Origin: Cladosporium halotolerans
Lineage: Eukaryota
Direction: 5' to 3'
NCBI RefSeq assembly: GCF_011745625.1
Contig: NW_027191456.1
Location: forward strand, 248,001-312,000
DNA: 64,000 nt
Below the pieces are notes generated by a model. That model ran no database searches, was not told where the DNA came from, and saw only the letters and a list, made by a program, of their open reading frames with translations. Positions 14,474-27,590 of the stretch are shown here, piece after piece (position 1 is the stretch's first letter; every line of letters starts with the position of its first letter). The translations under genes and the position numbers were made by a program.

Positions 14474-15512
14474 TAGAGACCATGTTTGGCTGGCTTTTTG
14501 CCTAATGATTACCGATGTGTATAATGACAACTTTCTTCGCTTCCAGATTCATAGGTTCCATTTTACAGCCCCTTGCGTGTTGCAAGACAATGTCTGCTGT
14601 CTCGTGGTAACGATAATCCGAGGCGGGGTAACGTCGGTATTTAGAACGTCGGATCTAGAGCCTAGACGATTTGAAACAAACCATCTGTGGTTCGCACTTT
14701 ATAGCCTGAAAGTGGATTCCTTCGGTCGAATGTTCTTGCGACAGATTGAAAGTCACGTGATGTGGAACATTCACAGACAGAGAGCCCGCAGCTAGCGGCG
14801 GCTCCAGCCGGGCGAATCAGCGGGCAGAATCTGTGGCTATCACACGTCCGTAACCTTCGAGTCTTCTCACAGTCGCCAATGATGTTGTAAGCGATCTTTC
14901 AAAGATAATCAGACTTGCCTGCGATCATCAGTATGTCTAAGAAATGGTTAGCAATTACTGCTGCACAATAGGCAGACCATGTTGACTGAATCGTGTATCC
15001 CATGCTGGGGAGACTCCCCACGTGTTCAACGAAGCTCGTTTTTATATCACGCAGTCTCCCTTGGCACAAGCTTGGCTCTGCACTTCGATGGAGCGAGGCC
15101 AGCGGGCAGACCACTGCGATGCGGCCCAGAAGCAGGAGAGGCCGAATAGGTGACAGGCCCGATAGTCTATTTGCCTGCCAGCGAGAATCGGGCGGCTGGT
15201 CGGGCACGTGCCGGGATCCTCCGTAACGTCGGAGATTCACCGGGTGAACTAAATCTGATAAGCGAGCTATCTCAACGCTCTCTGCCCACTCCCAGTGGGA
15301 ACGGGCCTTCTGGCTGCGAAAAAGAGCAGGTAGGCTACTCCTCAGGCTTTTCGCAATGCTTGCTAGCGCCACGTGGTGCAGAAAGTGCGAAAAATACGCT
15401 GCGCCCGGTACCGGAGTGTGGCCGGTGTACAAGATGTCGTGGAGAGCTCGCGTCTTTTGATTTCGTCTTATCAGATCATCTGCAACCCTAAATCCACCTT
15501 GGTCACACACAG

Positions 15513-17130
15513 ATGGCCACCACCGTGTCGTCAGTGCCTATTGGGCACGAGAAGGAAGAGCTGAAGAATGATGGCGAGGGCGGTACTGTTGTGGTCGCGA
15601 GAGAGGAGTCGCCGGCAGGTGATGGGGCAGCACACATTCCCCTTCGACTGAAGATCATCGCCGTGTTGCTGGTCTCAGCCATTGGGTTTGGAGCTCATTG
15701 GAGCAGCGGTGTCACGGGTGCTATGAAGTCGACTTTGAAGAAGGTGAGCTAAAGCAGTGCTTTCATGGTCCTCACTTCACTCGACTGACCGTATGTGACA
15801 GGAGCTACACATTGACAACACTAAATATGCCGCGCTCGAGGCCTCGTCAGATTTCATGACGACCGTTCTCATCTTGTTCGCCGGCTCCGTTACGGATCGC
15901 ATCGGAGGAGCTGGTGCCATGCTGTACGGCAACATCATCTTCAGCGTAGGCGCGATCCTCATCGCTGCCGCCACCACGGTGCGAAGCTACAAGTTCATGA
16001 TCGCCGGCGTGATCGTGCAATCTCTAGGCGACATTGCAACTCAGGTCGCACAATACAAGGTCTTCAGTTCGTGGTTTGCACCCTCGAACGGTTTCGCTTC
16101 GACATTGGGGCTCGAGCTGGGTATTGGGAGGATTGGCTCTTTCGTCGGCAAGGCCACCGCCAATATCATTGCAAAGAAGAGCGGCGACTTCATGTGGGTC
16201 TACTGGGCAGCTGTCTTCGTGAACCTCTTCACGAATTTTGCCACGCTCATCTTCTTCCTGTTTCAGCGTTGGACGGAGCGTCACTACGGCGATTGTTCGG
16301 ATCCTGCGACTGGTGAGGTGTTGACGGAGAAGAATAAAAGGTTCGAGTTCCGGAAGATGTTCCAACTGCCGTGGGCTTACTGGGGCATCATCTGCTTCTC
16401 GGTCTTTCAGACTTCCACATCGATCGTCTTCTCCCAGAATGCGACAGAGCTGGCTGAGCAACGCTTCAACGTCGACAGCATCACAGCTGGTTGGTACTCA
16501 GCTGCCTCGCAATACCTAGGCTTCTTCCTGGTACCTTGTCTTGGTGTCTTCATCGATCTGCTCGGAAACCGGGTCACGGTTCTGGCGGTATGTGGCACTG
16601 GCACCTTTGTCGCCATGGTCCTCGCCGCCTTCGGACCGAGCGTGTCCGGTACGGCCGCCAGTTTCGGTGTCTTTGCTTTCGCTTCTAGCCTTGGAGCAAC
16701 CGCGATCATCGATGGCATCCGCAACACCATCTGGTATCAAGATGTGTTCGGATTCGGGTACGCGGTTAAGATCGCCGTGAATAATTCGATGAACATCATT
16801 GTTCGTATCGTGACGGGTGTCATCCAGGACCGGGACGATAACTCCTACGACAGAGTTGTCATTGTGTACGTCTTCCTGGCGTCTGGCGCTATCATCGTTA
16901 CGGCTGCTTTGATTCTTGCAAGCTTCCTTACTCTCGACGTTGCAAAGCTGCAATGGACGAAAAAGCAGCGTATGCGGAACGGCGATCTGCTTAACGAGCG
17001 GAAGGAGGAGGTGGAGAAAGCGGGCGGGAGAGTAAAGGGTGGATATCTGCCCTTCTTCGCCCTCGGCTTTCTCGTGCTCGGAGGATGGTGTGCGTATTTT
17101 TGGGGCGTTGCCACCAACAATAACAAGTAG
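15513..17130 (+). CDS. MFS transporter (MFSD1-like; one intron ~15744-15801)
   Basis: Multiple hydrophobic helices and a GSVTDRIGG MFS loop motif. The 79-aa and 424-aa ORFs join across a GTGAGC..CTGAC..CAG intron. Confidence 0.8.
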
Positions 17131-18400
17131 CTAGGCGAGGATGTGTAGATCAGTTCTGTTCCCGTGCTCCTACTTTATCAGTATCAAACAACATCGCCAT
17201 GCGGAATGAACGATTGCGAGAGGGCCTAGATCCTGGCGCGATAGTTGGGTCGCTCGGCGGGGCCTTCACGAAGGCGCTGCCGAGCGCGAGGCCTCCAACA
17301 TTGCGAGTTGCGAACTTGCGACGTTCCCGAAGCAAAGCTGCTGCGCCCTGTTTTCGCGTCCACTAGCCACGTACAGTGAGGACGTGCACTTTTCTGCAGC
17401 GCCCTCTAATCAGGGGCAGCGTGGGGTCCAAGAGCCCGGAGCGTGTACGGTGCTGGGATGTCGTGCATGCGTGCCGCACGATGATCCATCGTATGGCTGG
17501 ACGTGGCCTGGTGTCAGTACGGTCGCTCGAGTGGCAGCGACCAAGGGACATGCCAGGGTCCCGCCATGTGGGACCGTCGCGTGGAGATGAGTTCGCGGTC
17601 GTCACAACGCCCTTGGCATCGAGACCCTCCTTCTGCCACTTCGTTCCTGGGCACGCGCTTAACATGTAGCGGCACAGCGATGATCTGCGGCGCCCAACCA
17701 AGATTGTTGGCGCGCGAGGCGCATTCGTGCGCCGCCGCAATCCCACTGTCAGGCCACATCTCCCGTCCGATGTGTCTTGCAGGCCTGGCTCGCGCTGCTG
17801 CGAAACGCGCGGCCGACGTACGCCATACGTCTCCCAAACTTCCACGTCCACGAAGTCGGCCCTGGAGGGGCCATTCCAATCTTAACCCCAGAGACCCTTG
17901 TCACGCCGCAGGAACCACGCGTTAAGGGTACGCAAATGTTTGCTTCTGCCAATCGCGGCTCGCTTGGTCGCTGAATTCGGGCCTTGAGCGAACAAATCGG
18001 CTAATTTGCGATTCCTCGGCGAGGTCCCTGCCTACGGCCAACATGCAGGTGCCGCGCTCGTGTGCGATAGTACGCTAGAATCATTCTCTGCGCCATTGGA
18101 GCGAGCAGGGACGTGCTAGTGGTATGGCGTCGTTGCAGGCCGCGTCTGGTGCTCTCGCCCGCTCTGAAGGCAGCTTGTTTCACCGCGAACGCTGCGCCCA
18201 CGATATGTGGAGTACCAGGTAGGATCAAGTGGCGTATCTCTCAAGAGAAGGGGGATCAGTTCGCAGGCGCGGCGGCCTCTTTGCCTTTTTCACATGTCGT
18301 TGAACCTCGCCCGTCGCTCGCTGTCGTTCCTTCACTTGCTGCTCTTTCACCCGCTGTTCCCTCTTTCGTTGTTCCCTCTGTCGTCGTTCTTTCGACGAAG

Positions 18401-20240
18401 ATGGCCCACAGTCGCTTTTTCAACAGGCAGCAAATCGAGGACCTAATCGCAGCTGGTCAAACGATCATTATTTTTCAGAACAACGTTCTGAAGCTCAACG
18501 ATGGTTGGAAGGACAAGCACCCAGGCGGCAGGCTTGTGCTTGACCACATGATTGGGAGAGATGCGACAGCCGAGATCGATGCGTAGGTTCCTCTATCTGG
18601 CTGCTCAATCGCTTCCCATGTATCAATGATACAACTTGATCACATCCACTGACCTTGTTCTCGAACTAGCATGCATACTCAGGACACCCTACGAACAATG
18701 GAGCGCTACCGTATCGGCAGAGTCGTTGGACCATGGCAAAATTTAAAACCTCCCATACAAGGTGGGCGATTTGAGACACCGGAGGAAGTTGGATCGAACA
18801 ATCACAATGCTGCTTGGGATGCCGATCCACAGGACTCGGGTATCGACTGCGACACTTCCTCAGATAGCAGTAGCATCGATTGCTCGCCGAAGTTGCAACC
18901 GTACAAACGCCTGCCTCACAATTTCGGACCTGCGATCGAGCGTCTCGATAGCGCAATAGACCTTCCGACGACACTACCGTCTGAGAATACAGCATGCTCA
19001 CCAGCTGATTATGTCGCAAACACCGTCCAGGATGAGATCGACGTCGACCTTGCCAAGTATCCCGCCCTCGACTTCGATACACAACGGAGCATCGCTCTCA
19101 AATTTCAGGCGCTACACCAGCGTGTCAAGGACGAAGGCTTTTACGAGTGTCGCTTCATCGAGTACGGCAAAGAAATGATTCGATATGCTGGCCTCTTCGC
19201 ACTGTTCATCCTCACCCTCAGGCAAGGCTGGTATTTCGTTTCGGCCTGCTTCCTCGGCCTGTTTTGGCATCAGATCATGTTCACTGCTCATGACGCTGGT
19301 CATCGTGGCATTACAAGAAACATAACCATTGACACCATCATTGGCATCTTCATTGCAGATCTGTGCTGCGGACTGTCGATCGGGTGGTGGAAGAGTAGTC
19401 ACAATGTTCACCATCTACTCACGAACGCTCCGGTACATGAAGTCGCCATCTCCGAAATAGGCATGCCGAAAGCTAACGCAGATCTCACAGGAACATGACC
19501 CAGATATCCAAAACATCCCCTTGTTCGCCACCGCACCCGCCTTCCTCCAGAACATGAAATCCTCCTACTACGACAACTTCGAATTCCTCTGGGACCGCGT
19601 CGCCGCCATCGCAGTCAGAATCCAAAAATACACCTACTACCCCATCATGGCCGTCGCCCGCTTCAACCTCTACGCCCTCTCCTGGGGCTTCCTGCTCTCC
19701 AAACGCTCCCACACGCGCGGCAAAACCTGGTGGACGCGCCCGACCGAGATCGCCTGCATCAGCGCCTACTTCTTCCTCTACTTCTACCTGCTGCTCTACC
19801 TCTGCATCCCGACCTGGACCGCGCGCGCCGTCTTCCTGCTCACCAGCCACCTGGTGACGATGCCGCTGCACGTGCAGATCACGCTCTCGCACTGGGGCAC
19901 CAGCACGGCCGACCTCGGGCCCGGCGAGTCCTTCGCGCAGCGGCAGCTGCGCACGACGATGGACGTCGCGTGCCCGGAGTGGTTGGATTTCGTGCACGGC
20001 GGGCTGCAGTTCCAGGTGGTGCACCATCTTTTCCCGCGGGTGCCGAGGCACAATTTGCGGAAATTGCAGGTCCTGGTTCGGAAGTTCTGCGCCGAGACGG
20101 AGATCGAGTATTTGATCCATGGGTTCGTGGCGGGCAATGGGGTGGTGTTGAGCAGGCTGGAGCAGGTCGCCGAGCAAGCGAGGCTGATGGCAGAGTGCCA
20201 GAAGCATATGGCTGCTACGGGCGAGAGCGGGCTGCATTAG
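18401..20240 (+). CDS. SLD1: Cytochrome b5-fused front-end desaturase, probably sphingolipid delta-8 desaturase (introns 18583-18669, 19433-19490)
   Basis: HPGG cytochrome b5 motif, histidine boxes HDAGH, HNVHH and QVVHHLFP, plus EHDPDIQ and HVQITLSH. Confidence 0.88.
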
Positions 20241-20542
20241 TCCATTCAGTTATGTTCACAAAAGCGAGCGTCAATTCATTAATTCAGTCACCTTCCATAT
20301 TCGAGAAGAGCACCAAGGCGAAGATAAAAGTCATGATTGGGTTGAATTATGCAAAACATTCAAAAGAAAAGAAGCCCATAGAGAAATCAGGAGGAGCCCC
20401 AGAGCCTTCCTAGTACTAGTGAGCCCTGTCCACCCAGCCCTTCCGACGAAACAATCCCATCCCGCCCCGTTCCTAAACGCAAAGAGCAAAAGCTCTTTCA
20501 ACAAGCACTCGCAACGCCTATTCGCCCAACGCCCTGATAACG

Positions 20543-22317
20543 TCAAACAGGATACCCGCTAAAGCCGATCTTCAAGCCCCCTCGCATGCCGCTGTCGGCC
20601 TCTGTGCCCCACTGCTTCTTCCAGCCGACCTCCGCGGCCTTGGCCTCCTCGAACGCTTTCCGGCAGTCGTCGGGGAGCTCGTCCAGGACGTCTGCTGGGA
20701 CGTTGCTGAGGCCTTGGGTGCCTGAGGTTGGGTCGGTGATTATGCCGTCTGGGCCGGGGAATCCGGCGTTGGAGATTGGTGGTGCCGAATATGTGGTGTC
20801 GACGACTGCGTAGTTGCGGCTTACGACGGGTGGAACGTCAGAGAAAATGGTAGGTGTCTGACGCTCTGTTGTTTGCTTTGAATCGATGGACATAGGATCG
20901 GTGCTGTTCTCTCCGCCGAGATGTGCGAGACCATTTGTGAGTTTTTGGGTCGATGCGCCGTGAGTAGGAACAGGGAGCTGCTCCCATTTTGCGTGTGTTG
21001 GCTGCATGGCCGTCGGATAGAACATCAAGTTTGTGTGAGGGTCGTAGACGCCGTTGTGTGTGTTGTGGCGTGTCGCAGTCATGATGGCGTTGAAACGGCT
21101 GGGACAGAGTCAGTTCGTCAGATCTCAAAGACACAAGATGAAATTTCAAAGACATACCTCGCTTCTTTCGCATGCATGAACTGCCAATTGCCGATCGTGA
21201 TGTTGTTTCGTCGCTTGCTGCCCAAAGGAGCAGGCTTACCAGCACCAGTTGCACCCGCACCTCCCGTGTTGCGATACACTTCACTTGCGCCGAACCATGC
21301 AACGTAACGATTGCGATTGTATGGTTCGCCTGCTGCAGGCAACAGGTCGTCCGGATCCGCAAGCTCGCCTTCGATCTCGCCGTTGGCACGAGCCTGAGAA
21401 ACCTTGTAGTCATCAATAACTCTCCTTCCGCCCACAATGATTCTAGCACCGAATTCGCGGAAGACGGATCGCGCAATAACGACACCGATGTTGCGTCCCT
21501 TGTAGCTACTGGGGAGAATGTCTCGGTCGATCAAATCCTTTTTCTCGGCATCGTTGACAAGGACCTTGTACAGTTTAGGGTGCTTGGTGAAGAACAAGTA
21601 GCTGTCGCGGAAGCCACAGCAGCGCGCCGGCTCTGTCGAAAGCATGTAGAGCTTTTCCCCTCGTCCTGAAATCGTGAAAGTGCGCACACGGTATTCTCTG
21701 CCGCCCTTCAAGAATCCATTCTCATCCACTTTCTCGTCACCCTCATCGTCTTGATCGATCTGTGCCTCGTCGTTGACCACGTCAATCTTCTGCCCTTCAA
21801 ATACGACATGCGGCGCCTCTGGTGGCGCGCCCTTTCTTCTCCCTCTAAACCCTCCGCGTCCTGAGCCGACCGGCCGACCCCTCTTCCTCTTGAACGGTGT
21901 TCCAGATTCGCTTCCATCGTCGCCGACCTCGGGAGTGCCGATGTGTCGAGTGGGCGGTCTACCAGGTCCCCTGCCTCTGCCTCGGCGACGGGGAATGGTT
22001 GTGATCTGAGGAGGGCTGTCGGCATCGTCGTCGTCGTCCTCTGGCGCAGATGTGTGGGCGTCGTCATCCTCGTCTCCGGCGCCTTCCTGGGGCGTCGCGT
22101 CGCGGGTGACCTCGGCGTCGGCATCGGCGTCGTCGCCCTGATCAATCATTTCCTCATCGGACACATCGTCTTTGATCGCGGGCGAAGCTGTTCCTGTAAC
22201 AAAGTTATCAGTTGCTGGCGCGGCGGGAAAGTGGTGGCAGCGAATGCGCCGAGACCTACTGCCAACGGATGAGCGGGATTTGCGCGGGTGGCCCTTGTGG
22301 CCTTTCTTGAAGGGCAT
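20543..22317 (-). CDS. NPL6: RSC/SWI-SNF chromatin remodelling subunit Rsc7/Npl6/Swp82 family
   Basis: CRC-subunit motifs GGREYRVRTF, YMLSTEPAR, GFRDSYLFF, ARSVFREFGA and YDPHTNLMFYP. N-terminal acidic region and AT-hook-like GRP motifs. Intron 21099-21157 and a probable intron 22194-22259. Confidence 0.85.
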
Positions 22318-22652
22318 TGCGCTTTGCAAGCCGCGGTCGGGCTGGTCAGTCAATCGGGCTGTGGTGTTGCTCGGCTTTGCGGGCGCTGGCTGGCTGCTGC
22401 AGTCTGGTGTGAGGTTCGCGCAAGCGCGACGGCCATCGATTGCTGGCGCGGAAGTGACACGCGCGGCGGATGTTCGGCGTTTTCTCGCCGGTTTAATGAC
22501 ACGCATTCACCGTTACAACATGCTACAACATGCAGTCACACTTGTCGAGACGTTTGTTCGATGGCGTTTATAATGTAACTTACGATGCCTTACGTATACC
22601 TGTGTCTGCTGAACAGAAACAATCAAATGCACGCTGGCTGGTATACGCTGAA

Positions 22653-24480
22653 TCAGACTTTGTTCCCTGCCGTTTCTCTCGACATTGTCGGCGCCTCCAC
22701 ATCCTTCGAAGACGCCTTCTCATCATCCCCATAAACCTCGTCCGTCTTGTCTTCAGCAGCATGGCCTTCGAGAGCCCTCTCAACTCCCATAGAGTTCACC
22801 GCTTCCTGATCACACTCCCCCTGCTCTTGGACCTGGTGATCTCCATTTCGCGCCTCCCCTTTCTCCAAATCCTCACCCGCCTGCCGTTTGCGAGCCTGCT
22901 CATCTAATCTCTCGTTCGTGTCCAACCTCCGCAGAGGATTCTTCTCCTCCACCGTATTCCCATCCGAGCTATTCGCGACCTTTTTCCTGATACTCCAGCC
23001 GCCCCGCCACCCAACCCACCGCGTCTCCCACGGCCCACGCAAAAGACAAACGACAAGCGCAGCGCCTATGCTCCCCACGCTATAGCTCCCGCTCGCGATC
23101 CAGCCCCCTCGATCGTACAAATTGCTCCCCACAGATGTGCCCGTCAGCTGGCCGCAGAAGGTCGCGACCATGAAGACCGTATTCACGCGGCTGCGGCCCT
23201 TGGGCTCGACGGCGAAGAGGGCGGTCCGGTTTGCGATCTGGCACGTCTGCATGCCGAAGTCGTTCAGGAAGGCCTGGATCACGGGCCCCGCGACGGTGAA
23301 GGTGCCGGTGTAGGTTCCGATCGTGATGCCGATGAGGCAGTAGATCATGCCGAGCAGGACGGAGAAGATGGGCACGAAGCGGTCGATTACGTAGCGCGCG
23401 TGGAAGGGCCCGATGCACATGGAGGCGATGCCGATGAGCGCGAAGAGGCCGATGACGAGGGTACTGTAGTTGTAGGGGTCGTCGGAAAGGAGGAAGGTCA
23501 GGGTGGTCCAGAAGTTCGTGAAGGTCGCTGCTGTGAAGAAGGTGATGAAGCAGGCTTGAACCAGGACTGGGTGCTTGGTGAGCATGACGAGCATGCTCCA
23601 TAGCATCTTGAAGTAGTTCAGACCGCCGGGGTTTGAGGAGGGATAGTCTGGCATGAAAAGGTATAAGAGGAACCAGACGGTGTATTGAAGACCGACAGAG
23701 AGCCAGAAGACGGCGCGCCATGTAGTGTACTGTGTCATGATACCGGAGAGCACACGCGCAATCAAGATTCCCATGGTGAGTCCAGACACCACGATGGCCA
23801 TGGCAGACGCACGGCGCTGGGGAGGTGCAAGGTCTCCCACTAATGGCAGCATCACTTGCGGCGTAACGGTGCTGACACCGGTCAGAAACGTGATTGCGCT
23901 GAAAGCCGCCAGACTTCCTGTAGTCGCCAAACCAATCCTACCAGTTTGTTAGCCGTGCTAAATTTACACAAGTAAAAGGATCTAATTCAACTTACGATAG
24001 AGATGCCGTAAAGAACACCAAATAAAGCACAAATGGTCTCCGCCTCAGAAGATCTCCCAAAGGACAGAGCGTTAACAAGCCCAGCGCATACCCAGCCTGC
24101 GCGAGCGTCGGAATCTCCGCGACAGCCACATAGTCGACTCCAAAATCTTGCGCAAGGATATCAAGAATCGGATGCGTGTAGTACAGATTGGCAACGGTGA
24201 ACGCGCCAGCAGCACCAAAGAGAAGATTCAGCCAGATGTTGAACTTGGGCGGCTCCACGGGATCCCAGCGGCAGCGTTTGGGAGTGAAGGATACCGCATC
24301 GTAAGCGCGCCATAAACGGGCCAAGCGCGAGTTCGATGCATTTGGGGAATTGGCGTCTTCGTTGTCACAGGTACCCGCAGCCCGCGACGCGTCCGGCGAG
24401 GTTGAGGACGACAGTGGCGACGAAGACGCGGAGTCCGCGTGCTCGGGCTTCCTTTCTCCCACTGGCCCGGGGGGTGTCAT
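22653..24480 (-). CDS. MFS transporter (YnfM/YdeR-like membrane protein; one intron ~23939-23995)
   Basis: VANLYYTHPIL, PLGDLLRRR, GILIARVLSG and 12-TM-like hydrophobicity across two ORFs. Confidence 0.82.
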
Positions 24481-25305
24481 GTTGCACCGTTCGTAGACAT
24501 GTTGCACGCAGGCGTAGAGAGTAGTAGAGAGCAATAAGCACCTACCAGAGATCTACAATTCTGCAGCTGCAACATCGTTGACGTCTCCCAACATAGCAAT
24601 CTTCGGTCTTCGGACTTCAGGTGTCCCCAATCTCAGTAGCGTCGAACGGCAAATCCCCTGCCGCCTCCATGTTGATCGGAAACGTTAACTCCAGGTCTAA
24701 GACCGACATCGGGGTGCGTGTTCAACGGCCTTGCATTTGACACTCGCGTTAGCTGAACCATAGAGACACTGTATTGAAAAGCTCAATTGAACAGAAAGTT
24801 GTCCTCTTCATTGATTCCGCATTTCACAAAGCCGATCGTTGAAGTGACCCCAAGTGATCGGCCTGCCCAAAGATTCCGTCTAGGCTTGGCATCGGCATTA
24901 CATCAGCCCGTTGCGAGGTCGGACTGAACCGTATAACCATCAAATGGAGTCGACGAAGCTGAAAACCGAAACATGTAAAAAATGTGAGATGTATTATTGT
25001 TTTCTCGACTTCGAAATCGATCCTTGATTCGGCCATGCACATGCCTAATTTCAACGAGTGAAAGCATGCCGATTGTCAATCAACGATACTCAACATTTAA
25101 GATAAACAAGTAGCGAGTTACCTTCAATATGCGGCTGGTCGAAAGTTGGGTATACGAAACAAAAGCAGGGCAAAACGCTCAAACAATCATTCTAAACGCC
25201 TTTCCTCCACTGTCTATCACCACGGATCTTGGCTTTCTTTCTGCCCGGCACAAGAAAAAGCCGTCTACTTCACTAAACGCTGGCTTGACTCGGCAAACGA
25301 GGTCC

Positions 25306-26498
25306 TCAGGCCTTAGCTGGCTCAGCAGTCTCAGCAGCCGCAGGCGCCACCTCAGGAACCGGTTCCGCCTGCGGCTGCGCCGGAGTCTCCGCCGTCGCGG
25401 TCGGTTCGGTGGTCGTCGTCGCGCTTGGCGTAGCAGCAGCTTCGTCGTACTTGACAGTCGAAGCCGAGTCCTCAAGAGCGGGACCACTTCCTCCGTACTC
25501 CTTCGGAACATCGGTACCAAGATACTGGCTGAGCGTGTTTCCGTAGGTCATCCAGGTCATCTTCTGAATGCTATCCTTCGACATGAGAGCCTTCATGGCG
25601 CCCATCATCCACTGCATGACGAGCGGAACGTTGACGAAGTACTTGTAGCTCACCGTCTCCGGGTAATAGCGTTGGAAGAGGTCGATGATCTTGCTGCTGG
25701 AGGCTTTGATCTCCGCCGGCTGACGGAAGAAAGAGACACTGAGGTAGTCGTGTACCTGGACGGCTTGGTGGGTGTCCGGACCTTGGCCGTAGTCGGGGAT
25801 CTCAGATGTCGAGTTGTTGAGATTGAGGTGAGATAGAGTGAGCTCCATCAAGGCTACCCTCCAGCGTACGAATCTACAAGTGATTCACGTTAGCAGGCTT
25901 GTCGCTTAACCAAATGTGTCGACGTTGTACCCACGCATCAGTGTCCCCAAAAGCCTTCTTGGGGTCCTTGGCCGCGGCGCCATAGATGTTGAAAGTGACA
26001 ACATCCGCCTCGTTGGCGCCCTCCTGAGCTCCGTGCTTGGCTCCCTTGACTTTCGTCACGTATCCAAGACCGCCAAATTTATCTTTACTGAACAATTCAT
26101 CTTTTGCTGCCAGGGGGTTGTACGACTTGCGCCACTTCAGAGCTTCCAGCAGTTGTGTCTTCGCCTTGGGCAGGTCGCCTGCATTCGCGCGGAGGAATTT
26201 CTGGAGGATGATGAGGGTGGTGTGTGGCGGTGTTGAGCTTTTCCAGCGCTGATTAGCTATGAGCTGCGTTGTCGAACAACTTGAAGTTTACTTACCCTTC
26301 CTCTGAAGCCACTAATTTGACTCCATACATCTCATCGTGAGCTGCCTCGTCCAGGATCGCCTTCAGCTCACCGCCAAAGCGGTAGAGGACATGGTCCTTC
26401 GAGAGGTCATTCCATCCAGCCATCTTGTCTTGTGCGTTGTGTTGAACCTCCACACTGTAGCTTTGATTGAGGTTCATGTTCAGCGGGTCGTCAGACAT
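25306..26498 (-). CDS. SFH5: Phosphatidylinositol transfer protein Sfh5 (CRAL-TRIO domain), ~3 exons
   Basis: HDEMYGVKL, ILQKFLRAN, VTFNIYGA, QVHDYLSVSFFR and FQRYYPET..KYFVNVP. A P/A/E/T-rich C-terminal tail follows. Confidence 0.88.
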
Positions 26499-27590
26499 GG
26501 CGGCCCAGGGTATTTGATGTTTCGAGCTTTTGATTTGATTGGGCACGTCACATGCGAACAGGGTCGTTGGGGCATATCTGATCGTTTCACTAGGGCCTGC
26601 GCTGGGCTCCGGGCGCAAGCGGAGGGCTTCCCCGACACGGATCTAGCCGGCGCCAGTGTCATTGCTGTCTGGTCCATCATGAGAAGCAAGTCGTTGCATC
26701 TTGCCTTCAGGCCTTCAGTCAGGCCATTCCACTATTGCCAGCCTCTTTGGTCATATTATGCTCATCGCAAGAAGGCCTCCAATATCCCAGTCGTGTTTTG
26801 TCCTGAGCTAATGAGAGGCCGCGTACCTGTGGCAGGCTCAGACGAAGGCTATGGCAATCAATCTTTCTCAACCGATCCATGAAAAGCACATCTGATAGCA
26901 CCTGATCGACAGACACGCTGCTACGAGACACGGGACGGTGTGACGAAGAGGGTACAAGGGCGAGGTGGTTTTATGGAACCTTCGCATGGCTTGCGCGGTG
27001 AGATGCACGTGGGACAGAGCCTGGAGCGTATCACAGTCGCCGCATGCTCTGACCAGAGCTCGAGCGTCCTCGACAGTCTCCGCTATGCGCTAATGCGCCG
27101 CATGGATGGCGTGGTGTTTCGTATGCTTGCGGCAGGAAAATGATGTTGCGAGGTCTGGATGTGCTCCGCTGTGCGGTTCAAGATGGCTGGGAAGTGGCTT
27201 CCCAGCCATCCCGGCTTGCCCAGCCACGGCCCGGTCTCACGCCAACTCGCGCGTCCCTTGTTCTACGCAGCGATTTCCTGCACCTTCGGCCTCTTGCCCT
27301 TTCACCTCCCATGCGCGCCACACCCTGGCAACCATGTCAACCGGCCACCGGTCTTACGCAAACATGCCACAGCTAAGCGAGAATAAAGTAGTCGCTGAGA
27401 TTTCTCTCGGCTTTCTACAGCACAATCCTTCGCTCAAGCAAACACTCACATATCGTTGCAAAGACATCGACATTCATCACATTGATCACACATATCACAC
27501 CCGAAGAGCTACACGACGACACCCCGATCGACGACCAGACGAATCTGCAGCTCGTTGTTCGACCGGCGTCCCGCCTTTCCCTTGAACGAT

